NCBI GenBank assembly: GCA_030704615.1
Contig: CM060732.1
Span: 32,178,001 to 32,242,000, forward strand
Direction of reading: 5' to 3'
DNA length: 64,000 bases
Source of the DNA: Takakia lepidozioides
Taxonomy: Eukaryota > Plantae > Bryophyta
Made by a program: the position numbers and the translations under genes. Shown here in pieces: positions 1 to 14,100 of this stretch (its first letter is position 1; each line of letters starts with the position of its first letter). The notes under the pieces were generated by a model, which worked only from the letters and a program-made list of their open reading frames with translations, was not told where the DNA came from and ran no database searches.

Positions 1-1331
1 AGATTGCCGTATAGATAGCACCTGAAGTGTGCCACGGCCCACACTGCAGCTAAGCATTCTCCCTCATATGAGCTATACTTAGACTCTGCAGCATTGTTCG
101 AGCGGCTAGCATAAGCCACTACGAACTCTCTTCCCTCATCATCCACCTGTGTGAGCACCGCTCCAAGCCCCAGCATGCTCCAATCTGTATGCAGCTGAAA
201 AGGACGTCCCCTGATAGGTCGTCTCAAGATGGGCGCCGAGGTCAACCTCGCCTTGAGCTCTTGAAAAGCTTGTTCTTGCTCATCTTCCCATTGCCACTCC
301 TGGTCCACCTTGGTCAGCTTGGTTAGAGCCTTTGCAATGGCACTAAATCCCTTAACAAACCGTCTGTAATAGTTTGCTAACCCCATGAAAGCTCGAACTC
401 GGCTCACATCCGTGGGGCGTGGAACCTGTGCAATGGACTCTACCTTAGTCTGTTGTACCCCCAATCCTCCAGGATATATCATGTGACCCAGATACTCAAT
501 CTGGTTGTGGAAAAACTTGCACTTGCCCGGATGTAACTTCAATCCGTGCGTCCTCAAGCGCTCAAATACCCCCTGAAGGTGTCTCTCATGCTCCTCCACC
601 GTAGCACTAAAGATGATGATGTCATCTATGTAGCACCGAGCAAACTCCACCCCTGCTAGAATCATGTCCATGACTCTTTGAAACTCAGCGGGAGCGTTTT
701 TAAGCCCAAATGGTAAGAACCGCCACTGGTATAGGCAATCCTTCCCGTGCTCATTGATCCCCCAGAATGCCGTCTTTTGCTTATCCGCCTCCTTGATCGG
801 CAACTGGTGATATCCGGATCGTAAATCCAACGTGCTAAAGACCTTGGAATGCCCAATGGCATCAAAGATCTCCTCTGGTGTCGGCATGGCATATCTATCG
901 GACTTGGTCTGACGATTTACAGGCCGGTAATCACCGCACATACGTCTCTCCGTCCAATTGCCATAGACATCCTTCTTGGCTGGCATCACTGTGGCTGAAG
1001 CATACTCTCCACCAGAGAGCTCCACCAAACCTGCCTCCCAGAGATCTTGAGTCCTCATCTGAATCAAAGACCTCTCCATGTCACTGTATCTATAGGGTCT
1101 CCGAAATATTGGCGTGTCAGTGGCCAACTCAATACGGATCTCTTGACCCTTCAGTGCTCCCAAGTCCTTCAAACTGAAGGCAAAGCAATTCCTGTAAGCC
1201 CTCAGGAACCGCCGTATACGTTGTCTCTCTCCTCCGGTGACAATGGGTCCAATGTCAGGCTCCCAATTGTCCTCCGTAACTGCAACCTTAAGTCCAGTGG
1301 GCTTAGAGGTAGAGGACGCGTCCCGTGGTTG
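1..1331 (-). pseudogene. pol: reverse transcriptase and RNase H of the gypsy element
   Basis: Manual translation gives RMCGDYRPVN, LDLRSGYHQL, LPFGLKNAPAEFQR, CYIDDIIIF, YLGH, FMGLANYYRRFV, QLHTDWS, AYASR and YEGECLA. It follows an in-frame TAG at 1332-1334 and is absent from the ORF track. Confidence 0.93.
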
Positions 1332-2396
1332 CTATGCTGCAACCTCTTGAGCAGTACCCCCTTCCTGCTCAGTCAATGACAAGGCCTCATCCTGCCCCAT
1401 CATCTCATCATTGAGAACCTCCTCAACCCGAGAAGAATCCCCAACCTCATCCATCACAGCTGCCTTGGCTGCCAACTCCCTCTGAACCTCGAGCACCTCC
1501 CATGTGTGCCATGGATGTCTACACCCCGTGGTCCTCACCGGCTCGCCCCCACTCGCTGCCTGTACCGTCTCGGTAGGCAGAGAGACCATGAAGGGGAGTG
1601 CACTCCGCACTCTACGTTGCTCAGCCATAGCCAAGCTGATAATCCAGGTCAAGCAATTGAGATCCATTGGTTGCCCCAACACCTGACGCCGTGATGCCTC
1701 AGAAAGAGAAGGCACCGCCGTGGTCCCAGTGGAAAACCCCATAGCCCGCTCTCGCTCGTCGGCATTTGGCTCCACTAACTGCTGCAACTGAGCATCCCAC
1801 AGGAGGCCAGGTCCACCATCCCGAAAAGCATGGGATCCTGGGAAGCTGAGCAGTGTAGGTAATGCTGCTCGTGGTTGACCCACCCTGTTGACCACTGCCA
1901 AAGGCAAACGGTCATCGTGTCTCACACATTGAGACTGCCTCCCTGTGTCCAAAATGCCATCCACGGTGAGGTGTGCTGGCCGCTGGCACCCCATCAAATG
2001 CACGCTTGAGCAGTGCGGGTGGCATCAAGTTAGTCCACCATAGCCGTGGACGATGAGCCCGTGATCCCACTGCAGCTGCATCCAGCAGCACTGCTGACCC
2101 AAGCCATGATCGGACTTGATGCACACTGGCCATCACCCTGGCCCGAGAATCGCCCATCAGTGGCACATTCTCCAAGATGTATGCTGGCGATACAACTTGA
2201 TGAAGCTGCAAGTGGCGCAAAATCCGCACCATCTCCCAAAACAGACCCGTCCTCGAGTCTCGCAATCCATTGCCATGCCCGGCTGATGAATGCCCTTGGC
2301 AGGGCCAACCTGCCACTACCAGATCAATGGAGCCAACCGGCTCCAAATCCGGCGCCCCCAGCAACGAAATGTCTGCTGGCAAGGCTTGTTGGTATC
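1332..2396 (-). pseudogene. C-terminal part of the retrotransposon C5-cytosine methyltransferase (motifs IV-X) plus linker to RT
   Basis: IDLVVAGWPCQG (PCQ at 2296-2304), YILENV (ENV at 2164-2172), AHRPRLWWTN, ERERAMGF, RRQVLGQPM. One frameshift near 1990. Confidence 0.9.
2388..2396 (+). repeat. left target-site duplication GTTGGTATC of the outer MULE
   Basis: Identical 9-mer at 27855-27863. The identity extends to 11 bp because the element begins with CA. Confidence 0.9.
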
Positions 2397-2575
2397 CAAC
2401 GACGCAATGGCGTGAGCGTTGCACGTGAGCGCGCGAGCGTACGCTCACGCAGGAGTGACGTGGCGTGAGCGTACGCTCACGCCAGCTGACGTGGCGTGAG
2501 CGTCATGTCAGCATGCTGATGTGGCGGTAAATGATGACGTGGCACTGTCCGTCAACTGCCACGTCAGCATTAACA
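2397..2575. repeat. left terminal/subterminal repeats of the outer MULE (CGTGAGC and TGACGTGGC motifs)
   Basis: Multiple GGCGTGAGCG / CGCTCACGC and TGACGTGGC copies. The same motifs cluster at 27755-27854. Confidence 0.8.
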
Positions 2576-3019
2576 TGTGCCGCCTATAACCGTGGATGGT
2601 CCTATTACCGTGGAATTAATGCAGGGAATCTTGCCTAAATAGAATCAAGACGAGCGTTGAGGCCTACAATTGCAGCATCCAACATTGTGCAATTACAAAT
2701 GCTTGTTTCACTTTTACAATTACGAAGACGACAAAATATCCTCACAAAGTGTGCGCCATAAAGGCTGCCACGAGAAGACTTCCTCCCTCCTCAAATAACA
2801 ATGAGAGTTATGATCATCTTCAAAAGATGATTGTAGTGCATAGCGACAGCAAGACATGTAGACTTCGAACGGTGCAATGACAAATGTGCACTACCTAAAA
2901 GTTGTCACTCAGACCTCACTCCGTATAGTTGGAGGCCATATCATTGCACAGCCGACGAATTGATGTGAATTACACATTTCAAATCATGGTCATCCACATA
3001 CCACATTACATAGTTCATG

Positions 3020-6000
3020 CTACCCATGTGTTGTATCCCGCTGCAAAAGAGTATCGACCTCGTTGAAACTCATAGTGGCCTGGTGAATGAAGTTGTCACG
3101 TTTGGGATCGCAAACCATCCTCCTCAAAAATATGAAATACAAATGTTTGCAGGGTATGAATTTACCTCTCTTGCCCAAACTGGTTGATAGCATATTCACA
3201 AAATCAGGACATGTGCAATTGGGGAAATTGGAAACCGTGATGTCGTAGGTCCTGTCATGAACAGCAGATGTGGAAGTGATGATTGTGAATACCCGACCAT
3301 ATCATGGATCGGGTACTTCCGTGGTGCTTCCGACACGAGCTTGGAGCATTCTTGCGGACTCCACTTTGCCAAAGTGTTCAGCGGTTGGAGGGAAACCCCG
3401 AACGAGCTTTCCATCTCGTTTGGTTGGCCACAAGTCAGGATTTGCCGGGGGGACCCGGGAGGACGCAGGAGTAGTAGCACATGCATGGAGTTGGGGTTGT
3501 CTCGCAAGGGAAAAACCTGCCTCCTCCAGCATTTCAATCTCCTGAAAGCTGAGATGTGTTCCCATCTTCACGGCCAAACGGTTGGAGGAGATGGCTTCAT
3601 CACTACGGAAGGACGCACAGTTCCATGCACACATCTGGCACAATCATCTGCGCAGAACCAGAACTTGTGGTTCTTGGCTTCTGGTTGACCGTATGGACGC
3701 ATCAAGCCCGTGAAAGTCGGAGCAGGAGTTCGGGCACCACCTCTGGATATAGATGAAGTGCACTTCTCGAAATTAGTTGCCCTGATCGCTGTACATTTCA
3801 CACGAGACCCGACACTTGTGCGTTCTATGTGCCAAACGTGGTCGGGGCATGCGGACTCAAGCACATCAAGGGGTTGTTTCTCTCCTGCACCATTTCAGTG
3901 GCACGGTTTGATGCTGGAGCTTGCCGTCGTGTTGGAGGTTCCTCCACAATGGAGGTTCCGGACATGGAGCTGTCATGCAGGGGAACACGAGGCTTCGAGA
4001 AGTTATCACGGTCTGCCCTGTGGGAATCTGAATCCGAACCAGGTGGAGTGTTCAATTTCCTCTTACAGGAGCCGAATCTCTCCTCCCCTTCAAGATGTGG
4101 AACTCTAGAAACAAGTGGCGTTCCCTGGGCATACATGCTCACCGCCCGTGCTATCTTGATTGGATCCCCAGATCTGTTTGCAGCACGCAACATCAACTCC
4201 CATTTGTCCGGACCCTTGCCACCAACCCCACCTCGTAAGAAATCACGGTATCGGGTTTGTTGTTGCAAGGCACGTATCAAATCATCTGTTGTTGCCACAT
4301 ACAAATCCCGACCTCGTTTCCCAGACTGCTGCAACCATGCATTGTGCACAGTTTCTGCCAAATTGCAAGATGGCATGTCCGCCATTTCCTCAATGGACAT
4401 GTTCTGCAAAGAGGATAACCACACTTCAGAATAGTGCACATGAAACAACATAAAGAAAGCAATGAGTCAAAAATATGGAAAGCAAATGTATGAATAAAGC
4501 ATGAAATAGAAGCCTCGTACCATTGTCATGGCTGCTCCCCACTGTCTATACCGGAAGTGCCAAAACGCCAGCCAATCTTCCAATGCTCTCATACTCTCAA
4601 GTGATGCAGCTCCAGAAGAGAACCACCAGGCACGAATTGTCTGGAACAAAGTGTCCGCCTCCTTCATTGTTCTAGCATCTTTGTACTCTTTGCACAATTT
4701 ATGGTGCTGAGTCTGCATCTCTGGTTTGATGTCCGACTTTGTATGTTTTTCCAGAGATTGTGTCCAATGGAATAGACATGTACGCTCTCTTCCTGGCATA
4801 GGCACTTTTGGGTCGCCCGATCCGAAGACAATACGAATAGCATTGAAATTTGCTTGAGCACTATCCGCCATAAAACCTGCGAAATTTGGAGATGGCAGCC
4901 CATGGCAGCCCATGACACGTATCAGGGAATTCCACATGAGCTTCTGGGATTCCGTATCCTCGGATTGCATGTCACAAACTGCAATTGTCATAACTCGTTG
5001 GTACACTGGATCGTAGACATGACAAGCCATTGTCGTCCAATCCTTCACTCGTTTCACATGATCAAACATAAGAAAACAGTTCTGCAAGTCCCCAGTCTTC
5101 TGCATCCGCTTCACGAGGCTAACCCCACTGCCCTCCCCAACAGTCGACATTTTGAAAAGAAAAACTTTGATGGCACCTTGACCTGGGAATACATTGTCCT
5201 GGATGTAATCGTACTTGCTCAGTCGTTTCAATTCCAAAATATTGTCTATGTAGCCTCTGATCCCAGAGCCCATTCTCAATGCATTGATCTGATGCCGAAT
5301 GTTAGGTGAACTTAAAGTGGAGAAATGATCCATGACCAGGTCCAATGCTGCACCGTCAAGTTTAGTCCCCACAGAATCTCCTTCACTCAAAATATGGCTT
5401 TCCAAGAAGGACTTGCTTGCGCCAAGAGCAATTGCAGATGTTGTTGCGGATGGGTTTCTCCCGAACTCCTGTTTGATCAACCTCGATACTGTCTCAACAC
5501 TCTCCCTGTAATCCCCCTTCGAGACAGGATGGTTATGGAATCCAAAATGCACACAAGCTCTCATCATTGTATTCAAACGGTGGACAACATAGTACATTCT
5601 TGCTCCGCAGAGCGCCAAGCAGGATGGCACAAGTTTGCAGAATTTGCAGACGAAAGTGTTTGCCGGTGGAGGGGCAATCCCAAGCTGAAATGGATTCTCC
5701 GCCAGACCCTCCCATTCGCTTTGATTATGAACACCAGACTGAAGAAAGTGTCTGCAATTCAAATTATCACACCTAAGGTGTCCATTGCAAACTGTCCTCC
5801 TGAAAACAAGCTTGTCATCATTCTGAATATTGGATGTTTTTGTTCTGCACCACGGGTGCCCGTCGTGTTTCTTGTCCATTCCATGCATCATGATTGTTAC
5901 ACCTCCAACTCGCGGAGGAGGAGGCAGCTCGAATAGGATATCGCCATCAAAAGTCTCCGGCAAGAACTTCACAGGCACCTGCTTCAAAGATTCCCAATCA

Positions 6001-6533
6001 ATTCCCCGCAACTCACTTTTGAATCCAGCCATTCCTCCCAACGCCCGCAATTTTGGAATGACACTACAAATCTCTTCTTCATCAGCTTCTGCAACCACAG
6101 TAGGAAGGACTGGATTTGGAATTTCACTTATGTCATCATCGGAAGAATCCGAAAGCTCAACGATTGGAGTGGAGGAAGTCTGTTCTTTTTTCACCACCAC
6201 CTCCCTCTTGTCTTCAACGACCGAAGCAGCAGTCCCGGGCGTCACATATGACCCAAGGGACTTTCGCCGAGGCTCTCCAAGTACTCTGTATCGACCAGGA
6301 CGCACTCTCCACTGGCTGATATGAGCCGTCTCATCACGGTTTTGGAAAGAATATTTCACCAACTTCCCTTTCAGATCGTAAACCTCTTTCTCCAAAAAGA
6401 TGGAGCCATTCTGCAGCTGAAAACGGGTAGCCAAGACATGTTCCAGAACAATTGCAAATCCATTGTCAAGGACTTCCTGGGAGAACGGCACTGGTTTGTC
6501 GTCTGAGAAGAACTCCGCTTCAGAGGAAGCCAT
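3020..6533 (-). pseudogene. MULE-family DDE transposase with GCM-like Zn domain and C-terminal SWIM finger (outer element)
   Basis: HDGHPW..CNGHLRC...C..C..H..H (GCM/WRKY-like), FLMFDHVKRV, FMADSAQA, CLFHW (CxxH), NLAETVH and SWIM CTCPDF..CKH. GT-AG intron 4520..4404. The 3' part has frameshifts and a TGA at 3302. Confidence 0.85.
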
Positions 6534-8112
6534 CTTCCTTCCTCGAGTATGTTTGTACCTTGCTATCGCAGATCTAGTGTAAATCGGTTTACTGCTGTCT
6601 CCAGAACACAGTTGAAGAATGAGCAGAGCATATGGCGGAGGAAGCTCAGATAACGACTGTGCATATTCTGTTATTCATTCCAGATATGCAGCCGTCCATT
6701 TTAATTACTTTTCTTGTGGGCCCAGTGGTCAGAGAATCCCTAGGGGCAGTGTCGGCAACTGTTAAACCGTTAATCAGAACCTCATCAATAAACCCAATAA
6801 CAAAGCCGACTTCCTGGAAGCATGCCACAGGATCTGAGAATGGGATTGCAGATTAAGTAAATGTATCTATATACTACTACCAATGATCATGCGCACCTGG
6901 AAAGTTCCAAATGTGAAACGAATGTGGGGTTTGGATAACAAGGATGACCGTGTATGATATTCCAAAATTTGTCATCAAACTCTCGTTCATTTATATTTAT
7001 TTGTTTAAGACTGCGCATCAATTTCTGGGATTCGCTGTTCTTTTTAAATATTGAACCCGTTATAATAAAGAACATGCCGTTTTTTTTGGGCGGCACACGT
7101 CAGACATCCATAACTGAATACGAACAGCTGTACACCAATTGCTGGCATGTGCACTAATAAGGAAACGACTATGTGTAACGGTCACGCGGGAGGGAATCCG
7201 ATGCTTCTAGAGACACGCAAGAACACAGGCAATCCCGCAAGAAATCGGGAGTCACTGCGTTTTTCTACTTTTCGCGCTTAGAGGGAGAGTGGTAGTCAAG
7301 CTGGAGAGGGTTCCTTCTAGAATACGAAAGAGAAGAAAGTCTCTTTATTTTACTTCCCTTAGAGAGAGACGCAGAGCAAGAGAGAAAATGACGAGGCGTC
7401 GTTTGTTGGAGAACACAGGGCCAAGGCAGCAGGTGAACGCGGAGACTGATTCACAAGAGCAGACGGAGACTGAGGCAGCGGCTGCGACACAGTCGGCGAT
7501 AAGAGTGCGCCAGCCTGTGGAGGCAGAGATGAATCGTAGGGACACTGAAGAAGGTGGAAGCACGCGGAACGCCGAACCTGAAGAAGGTCAAGAAACCCTT
7601 GCGCAGACAGAAACTCTAGCAGATGTGAGAGGGAAGAGGAAAGCTGCAGAAGGGGATCAAATTTCAAAACCTAAGAAGGTGCCAGTAAGTTTTATCATAT
7701 AGTCTGTCTGATTGCCTTTCAAGGAGTCCTTCCTCTTCCATTCTTTAGCAGGAACTACTGAATCGCGAGCGTCGTTAACGCCATTCGATTCTCCTCATGA
7801 GATTTATGTACCTATGTGTTTGAAGAGAAAGTCTGCACTTACTATTCTCCCTAAACTACAATGATTGTCGTTGCCGCCAATCAGTCGCACAGGGGGCTGC
7901 TATTTCATGAGCGGCATGAGCATGAGCGGAAAAAAAAAAAGCATGAGCAGACCATTGTCAGTCCACGGAAATAGGGTTAGGAGGCACGGAAATAGGGTCA
8001 TGTGAAGTTGGAATGTGGCACCAGTGGACTTAAAATGCAACATTTTATTGCAAATTTTGTGGCAAGCCACGTCTATACAAGTGTGTTCTAACTGTCATAG
8101 CCGGAATGGGCA

Positions 8113-11100
8113 CTACTCTCCTACACCCTCCGAGGAACTTGCCCCACCTTCTTCCTCATCCCCCTCATCCCCCTCATCCTCCGAGCTCTGTGATGCATCA
8201 GTTCCACTATGCCTCTCAAAAATCCCGTCCTCTCCTTGGGGGACTGTCCACCTCACCTCCTGGGAATCTTCTGCGTCTTCTCCCCCACTTTCCTCAGCAG
8301 AATCCAACACAAATCTACGAGCCCGACGGGCTCTAATAGCTGCTGCCTCCTCCCTCATCTTCATTTTCTTGAGGCTTGCCTCGTCTAAAATCTGCTGTAC
8401 ACGACTACGTTCGGAACACCTCCTAATGGACACCGAAGCAAGCCGGGCAGCATAAGTAGGCAGGATGTACTCCCTTTCTGGACTAGGCATGAAATCTCCC
8501 CTGGCAAAAAAAGGCACGTTCCTCCTGCCCATGAACTCCGGTGTAGACGTCCCTCCGGCAGTACTTGGCATCCTACAGTAAGAACAAATCCACTTGAAGA
8601 ATGTCAATACCAGCACAACCAGAAAGGGTTTTCAATGAAATAAGAGAGCGGAGGGAGGTGCCTCACAAAATCTGGAGGCAACTTACAATGCCACCACTCA
8701 CTCGTAAACCGGGGGCTCCTCGGCCTCGATCCCAACTTCCTCCCCCTGCTCCTTCTCGGATTTTTCCTCATCCTCCGAGGATGCCTCTTCCTCTTTCAGC
8801 AGACGTTCAGCCGCTGCAAGTTCCGAGTTGTGGAGGGCAGTATCTGGCTCGAAGGCGAACACATGCCTGTCGGACAACGTCCCTGCCCACATTGAAGCAC
8901 CTGAGGAACAAAGCGGGCGGTTAATAGCTTGCGGCATGCAATTGCAATGGGGCCAGGGGACAAACTGAGCACGTGAAGGCTTACCCGTGCCGCATGTGAG
9001 GTCCAGAATCCGCCCTTGGACATCCGAGCACGTCTCCATGAGGGTTTGGATGAAAGCAGGGCTTCGGGTCCGGCTGTACCGCCACGGTTTGCCTGTCTTT
9101 GTGTCCTTCGGCATACTAGAGTGGGGCACATAGTTGTAGAGGACATCGTAGGTTACAGGGTCCACAGCGGCATCAACAAGACGACCGTCGTTGCGGAATT
9201 TGAACGTAGACCCTCTCTTCACAAAGCAATATGCCTCAAACACCAATGTCTGCACATCCAACAAAGAAGGGATCAATTCCAGGGTCTACTTAACATACAC
9301 CACAATATGAAGTGAATGCAATAGATTGATAACTTACACTTTGGCCCTCTGTTCGCAACCCCTGCGTACTGATGCAGAACCATTTTCTGAGGAGGACCGG
9401 GGTGACACTTTTCGGTGTCCACCTTGCCACCGCATTCTCTGTGGTCTTCCCTCTCGTGGCAAGGACAACCACACATCCACCGTCATCCAGAAGCATCCCC
9501 GCCAGCCCAAACCCGGCTTTCCAGTAGTCCTCAGTAAACCTGTTCCAGGTGGGCACACCATCCAGGCCCTCCAGCAGCTCCCCATCTGGAATGTCGAGGA
9601 GAATCATGTCGCAAGCTCTCTCCACCTCAACCCCCCCCCGAGTGCTCTTGCAATTCGTGCTCACAGCCGTGAAGAATTCCATCATGGCTTCAAAACCAGG
9701 GGTGTCTTTAGGCTCTGTACCGGCAGCCCTCTTCTTGGCTTTCCCCTTCTGCTCCGCCAGAGACTTGTTGTGTGCCACCTTCTTCGCCCTGGCAGCGAGA
9801 GCGTCAAGGAAGCTCTCATTGACGCATTGGATGATGGTTGGAGGTTCTAGCTTTGGCCTGTGCGTAAACGTCACCGCCGAATACCGCCGTGTAGGCTCGC
9901 CCTCAAATGCCAACTTCTTGGCAGAGCCAGTCCCACTCCGAACTGACTTGGGAACCCGGACGACCGGTGACTGGGTAGGAGCAACAGCAGTCGCAGGACC
10001 TTGAACAAAATCGGCGTCGGAGTCACTCTCTTGGGTCCCCTCCTGCGCCTCCTCCGATGCCCCGATGGTTTTCTTCTTTTTGGGTGTTACTGCAGTCACC
10101 TGTTTCCTTGTCCTTTTCCTTTGACCTTTACTCTTCTCATGCAATTTCTCCTGAATTCCTGCCTGAGCAAGCTCTGCCGCTTTCCTGGAGTTCGCAAGCG
10201 CTTTTGCCTCTTTTGCACCCAACGGAGGCAGCGGAGCCCGGTTTCGTCGGAATTCAGCATCCAGCTTCAATTGAAACTCGGATGGGTCGAGCGAGCCGGG
10301 CGGAAGGTCCACATACCAAGGGCAATCACGCAAATGTTCCAGATGCCACTCCTTCACAATATCGTCAGTGTACATGGAGTCAGCCCCAGGGTTCCTCCAT
10401 GCCAGGAAGAATGGTGGCTCGAAAGACAGATGACCTTTCTCCAAAAGCGAGAACTTACAGTACCTGCATTCATGAAAAACCCAATGAGGTCCGAAAATGG
10501 CTAACTCCCTGAACGGCAATAGGGCCTACAACTGGAATATGGCGCCGAATTTCCACTTCAGGGCCACCCAGTGTAGGGACTTAGCCCGAAAATGGCTAAG
10601 TCCCTGGACGGCAATACGGCCTGGAACTGGAAAACGGCGCCGAATTTCCACTTCCGGGCCAGCCACCCTAGGGACTTAGACCGAAAATGGCTAAGTCCCT
10701 GGACGGCAATAGGGCCTGGAACTGGAATATGGCGCCGAATTTCCACTTCAGGGCCAGCCAGTCTAGGGACTTAGCCCGAAAATGGCTAAGTCCCTGGACG
10801 GCAATAGGGCCTAGAACTGGAATACGGCGCCGAATTTCCAGTTCCGGGCCAGCCACCCTAGGGACTTAGACCGAAAATGGCTAAGTCCCTGGACGGCAAT
10901 AGGGCCTGGAACTGGAATATGGCGCCGAATTTCCACTTCAGGGCCAGCCAGTCTAGGGACTTAGCCCGAAAATGGCTAAGTCCCTGGACGGCAATAGGGC
11001 CTAGAACTGGAAAACGGCGCCGAATTTCCAGTTCCGGGCCAGCCACACTAGGGACTTAGCCCGAAAATGGCTAAGTCCCTGAACGGCAATAGGGCCTGGA

Positions 11101-14100
11101 ACTGGAAAATGGCGCCGAATTTCCAGTTCCGGGCCAGCCAGTCTAGGGACTTTGCCATTTTCGGAGCCCTGACTGGAAATTCGGCGCCATTTTCCCTAAC
11201 ACCACTTAGGCCTCTAACATCCTGAAATGCCAGGACTTGAAAGAAAGGCAGCGCGTATGTACCTGTACAGAAGGCGCATTGCTGCTTTGTCCGCGTTCGG
11301 CTGGTCGGTGAACTCGTGGCTCCGGCGAGCATCTGCTATCTCCCGAAAGAATAGGTTGGTTTTGTAGAGCAGAAAGTACCTCGTCACATAGTCACGCAGG
11401 CTCTCTGCTGCAGGAGATATCTCCATCTTGAACTGATGTGCTTGTGTGTCCAGCTGCTCTTGCGCATTCGTCGTCACCTGTGGAGATTGTCCATCAGATC
11501 GCTTTCCTCAAAAAATACAATGAATCAACCCCCTACTAGAGTACAAGCCCCAAACGAAGCGTGGGGAAGTACCTGAAACCACCATGTCATGCGGTTCATC
11601 CACATGTCGAATGTGGGGTCAGAGAGTTTGTCCGGTTTGGGGAAGCTCCACATGTCCCTGGTACTTTGGGAACCATTCCAGATTTGGAGCCACCGGGTCT
11701 GTCCAACCACCCAGCATATTCGTAAGCGCCAAACACCACAAAAAGGAGTTGTTGCCACCACAATTTGGTTAAGAATGTATCACCTTTTCTGTTGCATCCA
11801 CACAGGATGTGGCTAGACGATGGAGCTTCTCCAATGTCATCGTGGGCTTCAGAGCGCGAGAGTAGTGCTTTCCCACCTCCACCAGAAAGTCGGCACCAAG
11901 GGCGGGATCAGCTATGGCCACGTACTTTACCATCCGCGACTTGTACTTTATGCGGGCCCTCACCTCCGCAGCTTTGACATACGATTCGAGTTCCGGGAGG
12001 GTTGGATTCTTCTCCTCTGACTCCATGTAGAACCTCCGCGCATGTGCCAAATCCTGCTGTATTTTCGTCTGTCGAAAAGCAGCACATAAGATTAGAGATC
12101 CTGCTCAACACAATTTCTTCTATTGGGGGGAGAGACAAATTAGCTCAACAAAACTGCAGGAGCTTTACCCGAAATATGTAGTCCACCATGGCGTCGACGC
12201 TCAGCCTATACCAGGTTCTGTCTGCCTTTGCCTCCGACTTGCGCAGGAGGTCGGCACTGAGGGAATTGGCAAACTCTTCCACCCCCTGCCTCCCGACATC
12301 CTTCACTCGGAAGAGCATATGGGACAAGTTGGTGGCAATGAAGGCATTCTCAGTCACCCTGCAGTGCCACATTTCCATCAAACAATACTGAAATGGGAAT
12401 TTTCATCATATATGAGGATTCGCAATGAAATGACTTCCAAATTCAAAGTCCAAAAGCGAGAGGGGTTGTAGCTTACGAGTTGATGTCGGCCATTGCAGCT
12501 TTGAGAAGACTGCGATCTTTGGGCCCCGCAACCTTCAGCACAACACAATCGACGGCGAAATGCCAATCGAGATCGTTGGGGTGGGCTTGGGCAATGTGCT
12601 CCATCCATGCCAGGAGGCGATGATTGCCGTCCCACACGTAGAACATCTTACCGGACATGTGCTGGAAAAGAGGATCACTAGCAATCGATCTCTCGAACTC
12701 CTCATTTCGCGTTTGCCAATGGGGACCCCATTTGTCCACCTCATCGGAAGTGTGGGCACGGGAAGCTCCGTGGTCGTTCTCAATGGAAACGTAAAAGGCG
12801 GCAGACCCCATTCGATATCCATCCCGGAAAGAGAATTTCAGCTTGTCGATATCGCCTGGGAGGGCAGGTCTCACCACCTGCAATGACACCAAGCGGCAAA
12901 GGGGAATTCGAAGCTTGGCCGGGTACACCATGCCCCCCAGCACCCTGCCAATGTTGCTGTGGGTTGCCTCCAACATCTTGGCAGCGGCCAACTTCATATC
13001 CGCCTCAGACATGACGTCTGCTGCAGAGGGGTTTTCCGGCAGCCCACCAAGACCGCCAAATCCAGCCTGTATGCTCCGGGTTTGGGGCCTGGGGATGTCC
13101 GGGAGAATGTCATCCTGGTCAGAAACATCCATGTCGTCCTCCTCAACAGGGTCAGCCACCTGCGAAACCACCTCCAGCACTCTCGTCGTCTCTACTGCCC
13201 TCTCCCTGGCTTCACCTCGAACTTGCACAATCGGTGCTCTTTCAGGTGTTCTTTCCTCTCCTCCACTCTCCACCGTATGGGTAATTGCGGGGGCTGCACT
13301 TGCCCGCGATGGTCTAACCGGTGTGCTACTGCCTCTCTGTGGTGTCTTGTAGGGATCCACCGTCTCTGTGTGTCCCTCGCTTACATTGGCATCTGTCATT
13401 TGGGCACCCCTGGCCTCTTCAGCTGCCTTTTGTCTTTCCTCCTTGCTAGCATTCTGTCTCGTCTGTTCTTTTGCCCTCTCTTTTGCCCTCTCACGGGCTT
13501 TCTGTTTCTTACTAGGGCTAGCAACAGGGGAGCCCTCCAGGACGACCACCTTTGATTGAGGCGAACTGACACCCTCGCGCGCACTGCTCACTCCCCCCTC
13601 CGCAGCCCGTGACTGCTCTCTCGCCGGGGATTGCATGTGCTTAGCTTTCTTCTTTTTCTTTGCGTGGGCGGGCCCTACTGCATGTGCATGAACAACCTCC
13701 ATTGCCGGATCTGCTGTCCTCATGTCCTCACGCCCTTCACCTGCCATGCCGCCTGCACCAACCTCCCCAATGCCTACTCTATCGTAATCTCGTTGCAAGT
13801 CCTCCCGTCCACCAACAAAAGATTTAAGTTTGCCCTCTCGCCCCAAGTTGGGCGATTCAAACATGCGATGAGTTGGAGCTGTCGATGATACCACCAGCGT
13901 GCCGGGCTCGTCGTCACTCTGTGATTGACAAAAATCGTGAACACCAACAGTGGTGCAAAAAGCAGCAGCGCAACCACCATAGCAGCAATCATGTAGCAAA
14001 AATGAAAACATAACAAGTTTAGGAAGTATGGAGAGCCATGCAACAACAATGAAAACAAATGCAACCATTGCCTAAGAATGACATGCACAAGCAGCCTTCT

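Noticed and set aside
8113-8616. Stand-alone acidic ORF
   Set aside because: A phase-2 GT-AG splice, also present in the outer homologue, joins it to the MTase as its last exon.
10497-11059. Repeated 60-62 aa ORFs
   Set aside because: Products of the 95-bp tandem repeat inside an intron.
8698-14068. Bacterial or phage contamination or prophage (ParB + MTase)
   Set aside because: Spliceosomal introns, MULE termini, a TSD on the enclosing element and flanking plant genes argue for eukaryotic residence.
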